Below, one piece after another: positions 48,026 to 56,177 of a stretch of DNA of 59,654 nucleotides (position 1 is the stretch's first letter; each line of letters begins with the position of its first letter). The notes beneath the pieces were generated by a model, which saw only the letters and a program-made list of their open reading frames with translations, searched no databases and had not been told where the DNA came from. Both the position numbers and the translations under genes were made by a program. This DNA comes from an uncultured Eubacteriales bacterium (GTDB lineage Bacteria; Bacillota; Clostridia; Oscillospirales; CAG-272): the NCBI GenBank assembly GCA_934489945.1, contig CAKSSY010000004.1:1-59654 (forward strand). The letters are read 5' to 3'.

Positions 48026-48157
48026 TTATTGATCTTGTTGCTCCTCAGGATCAATGGGAATTATCGGCAAATCAAAGGACGACGTTCTGATAATATCGGT
48101 TTCTCCAACAGATATCACCAATGCAACCGGTGCACAATACTGTTTTGTTTTTTTCAT
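48026..48157 (-). CDS. Candidate 43-aa small protein coupled to the giant beta-helix gene
   Basis: Not in the ORF track (below its size cutoff). ATG at 48157 lies 13 nt after the upstream stop, with AGGAG in the gap. Translation: MKKTKQYCAPVALVISVGETDIIRTSSFDLPIIPIDPEEQQDQ. Confidence 0.4.
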   Translation of the reverse strand: MKKTKQYCAPVALVISVGETDIIRTSSFDLPIIPIDPEEQQDQ

Positions 48158-48170
48158 TTTCTTCTCTCCT

Positions 48171-51100
48171 TTATGCTACCGTTACGTCGCTCAAAGCACC
48201 ATACGAATTTACAGGATCCGTATAAACCCTAAGCTGTGCCGTATCCGAAAGTGATGAGCCCGTTGCATCATCAAAACCGAAATATACGCTTGCAAAGTGA
48301 TAGTAGTAGAACAACGCATCGCAAACATCTTTCAGTTCCTGTTTCACGGTTCCCTCTGCCATATTCTTCACAGTGTTGACATAAGTCATAGGACTGCAAC
48401 TGTAAGTAACAGTGCTTCCGCCGTTTTCGGTAATTTCAAGAGCAATCCGGTCACCGAGTTTCGCGGTACCGATATGAGCAACCTCAACATAGAAACCGTT
48501 GGAATCCTTCTGAATTTCATATTCGGTTTCCCCGACTTTGCAAGTGAAATCGCTCGGTGTCTTTTCATTTGTAAGATTCAGATAGAAACGAAGCGAAATC
48601 TCACCATCCAAAATCAACGATGCGCCTCTGAAGACAGCATTGTTGGGAGTGCCGGAACGCGTTGCCTTAACGTTGTCAGCGGTGAAGGAATAGGACTTGC
48701 CGGCAACCATATCGTTTTCTGTTCCCTTAATGTCCGCATTGGCAAGATTGTCGGTATTGTAACCGAAGAACGTCTGAGCATAACCACCGAAGTTAAGAAG
48801 AGCATACAGAACATTCTTCAGAGACTCGTTGTCACCGTTCAACGCAATAACACCATCAATATACTGCTTTGCAGAATAAGTAATCGACTTGAGAGGCTCC
48901 GATTCATTCCCCTCCGTATAGATGCTGATAACAATATCATCCGTCAACTGCGGCATCGGCAATATAACCGGAATCACAGTTGTACCTGTTTTGCTTGCTG
49001 TCGTGTCAGTATCCGCCGACTGCACAGCAAATGCGGAAAGAGGTTTGACAATTGCGGTGCCGCTACCGATCTTAACACTGACAAACGTCTTTTCAGAATC
49101 TGCCATTGCAGCACTTACCAAAATTTTCAATACCAACTTATCCTGGTCAAGGTTTCCGCCTGCACTAAGATCACCGATTGTTTGAGTTGTGGTGGAGCAG
49201 AAGAAATACTTCGCTGCCAATGTGCCGTCGTTTGCCGTATTCAATGCGACATCACCGGTTCCGGCATTGGGCGTGCTGACAATGTAACTCGGCCATTTAG
49301 CACCATAACCACGACGGACACCATCGCTGATACCCGTATAGGGCATACCGGTTTCGGGATTGATTGCAACCATGAAACCGACACCGGAGTCAAGCCAAAG
49401 TTCGCTTCCGGACTCCAAATCACCGTTAATCAGGATTCTCTTGTATCCGTTATTTGCAGAACCACCGCCCGGAACACAGTTTGCCGCGCTGAGTTCATAA
49501 GTTCCGTCGTCGTTACATTTCGATACTGCATAGTTTTTCCGCAAAGTGACATGACCTTCAAAAGCCATCAGTCCACTTCCATTATTACGAATCGCAGAAG
49601 TTCCATTGCCTGCTTTGAAAGTAGTATCTGAAGCAGAGGTAATACCAAAGGAGATATTATCCATAATCACAGTCGTTCCCTTGAAGTACACATAGGCATT
49701 TGCGGGGATAATTGCCGTCGAATTCACTTCGCCGGTGGTATAAACTCTCTGACCGGTCAAAGTGCAATTTTCCAATGTAATCTTTGTGTTGCCGCCGGGC
49801 AGATTTACCAGTTTCGTATCCGTAGAACCGATTGCTCCTTCCCACTTTCCGGCAGTAACACCGCCGCCATGGAGAACCAGATTCTTAAGTTCAAGACCGC
49901 TTGCCTCCTTTGTAACATTCAGCAAATGACCCGTGTTGGATGTAGTCTGTGTAATCTTATGGTTCTGTCCGTCGATCACAAGCGGCTTGTCAATGTCAAT
50001 CTGCACTTTCGTTTCAATGTCCTTAAGAAGTACAATGGTATCGTTCGCATTTGCCGCCCAAATCAATCCAGCCAAAGATCCGGTATCCCCTGTTGTCATA
50101 TTCTGTGCTTCATCTTTGTCACCCTGAACAAGCCAAGTAAGGGGGTAATAACCGTTTGTAGCTGTAGTGCCAACCCAAACAGAGCAATCCTCATTCACAA
50201 CGTTTTTGAAGATTGCGCCATCATTCAAAGTGTCGCCTTCTTTGAGATTAGCAAACGCAACTTCTTTTGCGGTATAAGCATCATCTTTAGAAATTGCCAC
50301 TTCGCCTGTAAAGCTGCCATCAAGATACAACTGCTCGGCACTCCGCACACGGATATCGGAACGGGTACGGGAAGTGACGTTCGTACCGTCAAATGTCATA
50401 GTGTAGTTGTTTTCAAAATGGCAATCACCGGACAAATAAAATTTACCGGCACCGGTATTAGAACTTGTTTCAACAAGTCCATATCCTTTGCTATAACAGT
50501 TTTGAATCGTGACCGCATTCAAAAACGCCTTTCCGGAAACCATAAGAAACACGGCACCACCTAAAGGACCGCTTCCGGACTGGAATATGTTCCGAATTGT
50601 AACACCGTTCAGTTCAAGGAACCCGTTTGTCATATGAACAGCAGCTCCCTGATTTCCGGTGAAATACTGATGAGTGGGAGTCAGCGTTCCGTCTGTCTCT
50701 TCAACAACGCAATCGCCATCCAGCACCAAATCGTTCACGACCACGTAAGACTTGTTTGATCCATTATAGTTGAAACGAAGCATCGGTGCGGCATCAGAGG
50801 CACTACGTGTAAAGGTATAGCCATTTCCGTAAATTGTATAGCAAGCTCCGGTCGGATCGGTATGACTGGATCTGGAAAAATCCGCACAAATCAAAATCGT
50901 CGAGAGTGCGGCAGCCGCTTTCAACTGCTCTTCTGTCGGATTTTCAATCAGATTTCCGGACTCGTCGCGAGGTGCGGTTTTAGCATTCGTCATAACAGCG
51001 ATTGCACCCGCAAGCGTACCGCTTGCCCACGCTCTGTTGACAGAGCCGTCCGTATTGTAAGCAGCATGGTAAGCAACCGGATTCGTATGAAGCGTCCCGT

Positions 51101-52094
51101 AACCGTTTGCATCGGGAATCGCATAGTTTTCAGCACCGCCGTACATGCACTTTACAATGCCGGAACGATAGCCCTCATCAAAGTAAATCGCACCGCGCTT
51201 TGTCAACTTTCCGTCTTCGTCAAAAGCTGCCCTAAAATTGGTAGAAAGACCGACTACACCGGTAAAGGAAGAATCCACAAACACACATGTGTGCTGATAA
51301 GCCGATGTCGGACTTCCTTGCTCGGCGGAAAAGATATTACCCGGGCCGCCGTTCTTGTCAAAGTTTCCGTCAATCACGGTATTGCCATAGACATACACTT
51401 CGGTACCACCGGAACCGCCGGTTCTCGTGCGGATCGCGCATCCCTTCTCACGATATGTAGCACCATAACTGTAGTTGCCGGTAATAACCGTATCGGTCAG
51501 ATAAACACCACCCACATTGGTAGTCTGCGTGCCTGTCGCCAACATAGCAGAACCGGTTCTCAACGTATGGAAACCTTCTATACGGCAGTTTTCCATAATC
51601 AACTTGGCAGAACCGCCCGCAAAACCGATTGCACCGGTATCGCCGGTGACATCCACGCCGAATTTTACCGGTTCGGTACCGGTATAGTTCATCGGCTGAC
51701 CGTTGAGATTCAGATTTCTGAATGTAATGGTTGCCTTTGTGGTAATGAAAGAAGCGACTCCGCTCTTTGTCGAAAGAGCTTCCGCCATATAAATCGTATG
51801 ACCGTCGCCTTCCACAGCGGTAACTTTGTTGGGAATTGTGACCTGAGCGGTCAATTCAAAATCCTTCAGGATCCGGATTGTCGTGCCGGTTTCCGTACTG
51901 TTTGTCGCCGCAGTCACAACTTCGGGAAGCGTACCCGTAGCAAGCTGACTACCGTCAGAAGCCAACAGTTCTGCTTCATTGACTTCTTCTGCCCCGGCGG
52001 TGAATACCAACGCCGATGTCACCACCGACGAAAGCACCATCAAGACGGTCAGCAAGAGAGCCAAAGACTTCTTCATGAATGTTCTTGTTTTCAT
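48171..52094 (-). CDS. Secreted 1307-aa parallel-beta-helix (Pmp/pectin-lyase-fold-like) repeat protein
   Basis: ORF 48171..52166. Start at MKTRTFMKKSLALLL (52094), with a GAGGAAGGAAAGG RBS. Signal peptide. Three roughly 300-aa super-repeats. Duplicated C-terminal module. No LPXTG, SLH or cell-wall-binding anchor seen. Confidence 0.85.
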   Translation of the reverse strand: MKTRTFMKKSLALLLTVLMVLSSVVTSALVFTAGAEEVNEAELLASDGSQLATGTLPEVVTAATNSTETGTTIRILKDFELTAQVTIPNKVTAVEGDGHTIYMAEALSTKSGVASFITTKATITFRNLNLNGQPMNYTGTEPVKFGVDVTGDTGAIGFAGGSAKLIMENCRIEGFHTLRTGSAMLATGTQTTNVGGVYLTDTVITGNYSYGATYREKGCAIRTRTGGSGGTEVYVYGNTVIDGNFDKNGGPGNIFSAEQGSPTSAYQHTCVFVDSSFTGVVGLSTNFRAAFDEDGKLTKRGAIYFDEGYRSGIVKCMYGGAENYAIPDANGYGTLHTNPVAYHAAYNTDGSVNRAWASGTLAGAIAVMTNAKTAPRDESGNLIENPTEEQLKAAAALSTILICADFSRSSHTDPTGACYTIYGNGYTFTRSASDAAPMLRFNYNGSNKSYVVVNDLVLDGDCVVEETDGTLTPTHQYFTGNQGAAVHMTNGFLELNGVTIRNIFQSGSGPLGGAVFLMVSGKAFLNAVTIQNCYSKGYGLVETSSNTGAGKFYLSGDCHFENNYTMTFDGTNVTSRTRSDIRVRSAEQLYLDGSFTGEVAISKDDAYTAKEVAFANLKEGDTLNDGAIFKNVVNEDCSVWVGTTATNGYYPLTWLVQGDKDEAQNMTTGDTGSLAGLIWAANANDTIVLLKDIETKVQIDIDKPLVIDGQNHKITQTTSNTGHLLNVTKEASGLELKNLVLHGGGVTAGKWEGAIGSTDTKLVNLPGGNTKITLENCTLTGQRVYTTGEVNSTAIIPANAYVYFKGTTVIMDNISFGITSASDTTFKAGNGTSAIRNNGSGLMAFEGHVTLRKNYAVSKCNDDGTYELSAANCVPGGGSANNGYKRILINGDLESGSELWLDSGVGFMVAINPETGMPYTGISDGVRRGYGAKWPSYIVSTPNAGTGDVALNTANDGTLAAKYFFCSTTTQTIGDLSAGGNLDQDKLVLKILVSAAMADSEKTFVSVKIGSGTAIVKPLSAFAVQSADTDTTASKTGTTVIPVILPMPQLTDDIVISIYTEGNESEPLKSITYSAKQYIDGVIALNGDNESLKNVLYALLNFGGYAQTFFGYNTDNLANADIKGTENDMVAGKSYSFTADNVKATRSGTPNNAVFRGASLILDGEISLRFYLNLTNEKTPSDFTCKVGETEYEIQKDSNGFYVEVAHIGTAKLGDRIALEITENGGSTVTYSCSPMTYVNTVKNMAEGTVKQELKDVCDALFYYYHFASVYFGFDDATGSSLSDTAQLRVYTDPVNSYGALSDVTVA

Positions 52095-52194
52095 GCCTTT
52101 CCTTCCTCTATTCCAAAAATTGTGATAGAAATATGATGAAGAATCTTTGGAAATTTGCCGATACAAAAAAGAGATTCTTCCAAAATCTGTGTTT

Positions 52195-52224
52195 ATTATA
52201 CTACACCCGAGTACAATTTGTCAA
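52195..52224 (-). promoter_or_regulatory. Consensus sigma-A promoter of the giant gene
   Basis: Minus strand: TTGACA (52224-52219), 18 bp, TATAAT (52200-52195). The 5' UTR is about 95 nt. Confidence 0.7.
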
Positions 52225-52322
52225 CCTTTTGAAAAAACATTTTTGCATTTTGTTTATTTTTTTGCATTTTGCCAAATCTATGTTTATTTTATTATACCAA
52301 AACCTCCCCGTTATCTATCATT

Positions 52323-52359
52323 ATGCCGCCGTCGCACATTTTATGTGCGACGGCGGCAT
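52323..52359. terminator. 17-bp perfect hairpin immediately after the ABC exporter stop codon
   Basis: atgccgccgtcgcacat-ttt-atgtgcgacggcggcat. The T-run follows only on the plus strand, although the gene it trails is on the minus strand. Confidence 0.5.
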
Positions 52360-52362
52360 TTT

Positions 52363-54081
52363 TCATACCTCGGCACGATATTGTTCCCGGTAAAGTTTTG
52401 CGTATTTGCCGTCAAGTGCCAGTAATTCCTCATGTGTACCACATTCCCGGACCGCCCCGCCGTCAATTACGGCGATTTCGTCGGCGTTCCGTATCGTGGA
52501 AAGACGATGTGCTACCACCAGTGTCGTTCTGCCGACACACAGCTCATCCAGCGACTTCTGAATCAGAACTTCCGTAGTATTATCCAACGCGCTTGTCGCC
52601 TCGTCCAGTATCAGAATCGGCGGGTTCTTCAAAAACACCCTCGCAATACTCAGACGTTGTTTCTGCCCACCGGAAAGCCGCACACCGCGCTCGCCGATCT
52701 CGGTATCGTACCCCTTCTCAAGCGTCATGACATACTCGTGAATATTGGCTCGCTTTGCCGCCTCCACCACCTCTTCTTCGGTGGCATCCGGCTTGCCGTA
52801 AAGAATATTTTCACGAATGCTGGCATTGAACAAATATACATCCTGCTGTACAATCCCGATATTGCGACGGAGCGATTCCCTCGTCATGGTTCGTATGTCC
52901 ATGCCGTCTATCAGGATTCTGCCCCCTCGCAACTCATAAAAGCGCGGAATCAGGTGGCAAATCGTGGTTTTTCCTCCTCCGGACGGTCCGACAAGAGCAA
53001 CCGTTCGCCCCTGCCCGATATCCAGCGAAACGTCCTTCAGCACTTCCTTGCCCTCTTCATAACTGCAGTCGATATGGTCAATGACAATATGTCCCTTCAG
53101 CGTCCCGACATCGGTCGCCCCCGGATCATCCTCCTCCGTCGCGGCATCCATGATCTCCAAAAATCTCTCAAATCCCGTCACGCCCTCCTGATACTGCTCC
53201 ATGAAATTGATCAGTGTGGTAATGGGGGTAATAAACAAATTGACCGACACAATAAATGTGGAATAGTCGCCGAACGTAATCCGTCCGCCATACAAAAACA
53301 GTCCGCCCGCAATCAGCACCACCACATTGAAAACATTGGTAATAAATCCGTTTGCCGAATGAAACCTTGCCATGGCACGGTATGCCTTTTTGCGTGCGTT
53401 GACAAAGGCGAGATTCCCCTTCTCAAATTTTTCGCGTTCCTTTTCGGCGTTGGTGAACGCTTTGGTCACGCGGATACCCGATATACTGCTCTCAATCGCC
53501 GCGTTAATCACCGCCACCGATTCCCGGCTCTCTTTGAACGCGTCCCGCATCTGCCGCCGGAGTGTCACTGCCACAAGCAACAAAAACGGCACGCAGGCAA
53601 AAATAATAAGGGTCAGAACCATGTCGATCGTCGACAGATACACAAACGAAATCACCACAGAGATTGTAGATATAATGAGATTCTCCGGACCGTGATGTGC
53701 CAGCTCGCTGATTTCAAACAAATCGTTTGTCATACGCGACATCAGTTTTCCCGTCTCGTTGTTATCATAAAAACCAAACGGCATTCTTTCGAGTTTGCAA
53801 AACAGTTCGGAACGCATCTGTGCCTGCATCCGAACCCCCATAATGTGTCCCTGATACTGAATAAAATAATTCAGAAGAAGGCGTATAACGTACAGGAAGA
53901 GCAGTGTAATGCCAAACACCAATATCAGATTATATTTCCGGTTTGGGATAAAATCGTTGAGCATGGTTCGTGTCACAATGGGATACAACGCCCCGATCAG
54001 CGACACGGCAAGTGCCGCCAGCATATCCATAATAAACAACCGTCGGTGAGGCTTGTAATATCCGATAAATCGTTTCAGCAT
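52363..54081 (-). CDS. ABC exporter (TMD-NBD, MsbA/LmrA-like), both sites canonical
   Basis: 572 aa. Walker A GPSGGGKTT, signature LSGGQKQR, Walker B ILILDEATS. Confidence 0.9.
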   Translation of the reverse strand: MLKRFIGYYKPHRRLFIMDMLAALAVSLIGALYPIVTRTMLNDFIPNRKYNLILVFGITLLFLYVIRLLLNYFIQYQGHIMGVRMQAQMRSELFCKLERMPFGFYDNNETGKLMSRMTNDLFEISELAHHGPENLIISTISVVISFVYLSTIDMVLTLIIFACVPFLLLVAVTLRRQMRDAFKESRESVAVINAAIESSISGIRVTKAFTNAEKEREKFEKGNLAFVNARKKAYRAMARFHSANGFITNVFNVVVLIAGGLFLYGGRITFGDYSTFIVSVNLFITPITTLINFMEQYQEGVTGFERFLEIMDAATEEDDPGATDVGTLKGHIVIDHIDCSYEEGKEVLKDVSLDIGQGRTVALVGPSGGGKTTICHLIPRFYELRGGRILIDGMDIRTMTRESLRRNIGIVQQDVYLFNASIRENILYGKPDATEEEVVEAAKRANIHEYVMTLEKGYDTEIGERGVRLSGGQKQRLSIARVFLKNPPILILDEATSALDNTTEVLIQKSLDELCVGRTTLVVAHRLSTIRNADEIAVIDGGAVRECGTHEELLALDGKYAKLYREQYRAEV

Positions 54082-54115
54082 TATTTATGTTCCTCCGTTT
54101 TTCAACCATGTTTTT

Positions 54116-54144
54116 ATTATATTCTTTGCGTCATTCCTTGTCAA
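54116..54144 (-). promoter_or_regulatory. Consensus sigma-A promoter for the ABC exporter
   Basis: Minus strand: TTGACA (54144-54139), 17 bp, TATAAT (54121-54116). Confidence 0.7.
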
Positions 54145-54154
54145 GACAAACCAC

Positions 54155-54181
54155 AAAAAAGGTGCCGATACGGCACCTTTT
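54155..54181 (-). terminator. Intrinsic terminator of brnQ
   Basis: Minus strand: ggtgccg-tat-cggcacc followed by TTTTTT. Confidence 0.75.
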
Positions 54182-54190
54182 ACGCTTCGG

Positions 54191-55507
54191 TCAAACGCTT
54201 TGTTTCGGATTTGTCACAATCAGACAACCAACAAGCACTCCGAGAAGTGCGGGGGTAATCCAACCCAAACTACTTGACGCAAGGGGAAGATATCCCAACA
54301 GATCCGACAGCCACGTCCATTTGACAAGAACCGCCACTTCGGCGAGCACACTGAAAAAACTGGCAACTCCGACCGCAATCGGGAACAGCAACCGTCGCTT
54401 TTCGGCAAAGCTCCGCGGAACAAACGCAAGCAGAATCATCAGGATTGCCGGCGGATAAATGCAGTTCAGAATCGGCACTGAAATTTCCAAAATCAAATTC
54501 AGCCCGAAATTGGAAACCGCCAAAGCAAACATCGCAAAAATCACGCACCACACCGTATAACTGACTTTCGGGAAAAGACCGCCGAAATACTTGGCGCAGG
54601 AGCAAATCAATGTCACGCAGGTATTCAGGCAGGCGATGACAAAAATCGCGCCGAGAATCACCTGACCGACCGGTCCCAGCAATGTCTTCGCAATATAGGA
54701 AAGGAGTGTCGCGCCATTCGATGCTTCCGATGCGGATGCCGCCACGGAAACGGTTCCGAGCCAAGTCAGAATCCCGTAAACCGCCGCAAATACAGAACCG
54801 GCAATGAGTCCCGCACGGATCAGCACACGGAGAACCGGTTTATCCTCCTTCACGCCGCGCGAATGAAGATCGGAAATCACAATCGAACCGAAGACAAGGG
54901 CGGCAATGGCATCCATTGTCTGATATCCGCCGAGAAATCCGGTCGTGAAAGGTGCCTCCGCGTATTTTCTGACAGGTTCCGAACCGCCGCGAAGTCCCGA
55001 AATCAATGCCGTAACAAACAGAATCGCTACCAAAATAAGCAAAGCCGGAGCCATGCGTTTTCCGAGAAGATCGACCAGTTTATTCGGCCGCAGGGCAAGG
55101 AAAAGTGCCACCGCGTAGAAAACCACCGTATATGCCAACTGAATCAGCACCGGCGAAACATCCTCCGGCAAAAACGGTTGAACCATCATATTGAAAGAAG
55201 TGGCACCGTTTCTCGGAATGGCAAGAAGCGGTCCGATTGCCATGTACGCCAAAACGGCATATATGGCAGCATAGGTCTTGCCGACATTTCCCGCGAGGGA
55301 AAGAAGATCTCCCTTTCGCGAAACCGCAATCACGCCGAGAATCGGGAACCCGATGGCACTCACGGCAAAACCGATAAACGCCAACAGCGAATTGGTTCCC
55401 GACTGATAGCCGAGCAAAGGCGGAAAAATCAGATTTCCCGCACCGAAAAACATCGAAAACATGGCAACACCGATCAGGAGTTGCGTCTTTTTGGATATGT
55501 CCTTCAT
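54191..55507 (-). CDS. brnQ: Branched-chain amino acid transport system II carrier (BrnQ/LIVCS)
   Basis: 438 aa. N-terminal FSMFFGAGNLIFPP motif, about 12 TM segments. GGAGG 5 nt upstream. Confidence 0.9.
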   Translation of the reverse strand: MKDISKKTQLLIGVAMFSMFFGAGNLIFPPLLGYQSGTNSLLAFIGFAVSAIGFPILGVIAVSRKGDLLSLAGNVGKTYAAIYAVLAYMAIGPLLAIPRNGATSFNMMVQPFLPEDVSPVLIQLAYTVVFYAVALFLALRPNKLVDLLGKRMAPALLILVAILFVTALISGLRGGSEPVRKYAEAPFTTGFLGGYQTMDAIAALVFGSIVISDLHSRGVKEDKPVLRVLIRAGLIAGSVFAAVYGILTWLGTVSVAASASEASNGATLLSYIAKTLLGPVGQVILGAIFVIACLNTCVTLICSCAKYFGGLFPKVSYTVWCVIFAMFALAVSNFGLNLILEISVPILNCIYPPAILMILLAFVPRSFAEKRRLLFPIAVGVASFFSVLAEVAVLVKWTWLSDLLGYLPLASSSLGWITPALLGVLVGCLIVTNPKQSV

Positions 55508-55568
55508 TTTTCTCCTCCGGTCTGATCACCGTTTCTGACACGGCGAAATTCTACTGACACAGCACTCC

Positions 55569-55597
55569 ATTATACACCCATTTTCCTCTGCTGTCAA
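55569..55597 (-). promoter_or_regulatory. Consensus sigma-A promoter for brnQ
   Basis: Minus strand: TTGACA (55597-55592), 17 bp, TATAAT (55574-55569). The leader is only about 55 nt. Confidence 0.7.
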
Positions 55598-55646
55598 TAT
55601 CAGAAAGACATTTTTCAAAACATTTTCCCGCCATACGTCGACCGTC

Positions 55647-56177
55647 TCAATGATCCGGCGTTCTTTTTTCCTTCCGGTACGTAGCAATCAGCGAAAGACA
55701 CGAGGAGGAGAACGTGAAGGCAACGCCGCAATAGACAGAAATCGAATGGCTGACCAACACATTGTATATCAGTGTCACGCAGGTTGCCGCCATCGCCAGC
55801 ATTTTGGTTTTTTTAACATCCTGCATATAGAATGACACCGTGGAAATCAAGGAAGACGTGACAGGCAGAATACTCCAGACATTTTTCCATGTCAGAGGCA
55901 CACAACCGATATACAGTGCCATGTACAGAAAAAGCCAAAGGCGGCTTTTCGCCCATTGGTGTTTCCCCGAAGCGGAGAACACGATACTTCGTGTGATATT
56001 GATACCGCTGGTCATGGCAGGGGTCAGACAGCCAAGCAGAAGATAATGAAGCAACCACGCGGTATCCTGTATCATTTTGGCAAAGAGCAGTCTCCGTCGC
56101 TTGGTCTGAAAGTAAATGAAAAGCGAGGTGCCAACCGCCAAAAACCCGATGCCCTGGGCAATCAGTTGCCGCGTCAT
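55647..56177 (-). CDS. YgjV-like small inner-membrane protein
   Basis: 176 aa, 5-6 TM segments. Pattern QGIGFLAVG...FQTK.RR.L......DTAWLLHYLLLG resembles the YgjV family. ATGA overlap with the upstream gene. Confidence 0.55.
   Translation of the reverse strand: MTRQLIAQGIGFLAVGTSLFIYFQTKRRRLLFAKMIQDTAWLLHYLLLGCLTPAMTSGINITRSIVFSASGKHQWAKSRLWLFLYMALYIGCVPLTWKNVWSILPVTSSLISTVSFYMQDVKKTKMLAMAATCVTLIYNVLVSHSISVYCGVAFTFSSSCLSLIATYRKEKRTPDH

Noticed and set aside
48026-48157. The 43-aa ORF as an AgrD-type autoinducing peptide or RiPP precursor.
   Set aside because: No agrB/agrC/agrA, radical-SAM maturase, lanthipeptide enzyme or peptidase-ABC exporter lies adjacent, and the N-terminus is not amphipathic like AgrD. 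It is kept only as a generic small-protein candidate.
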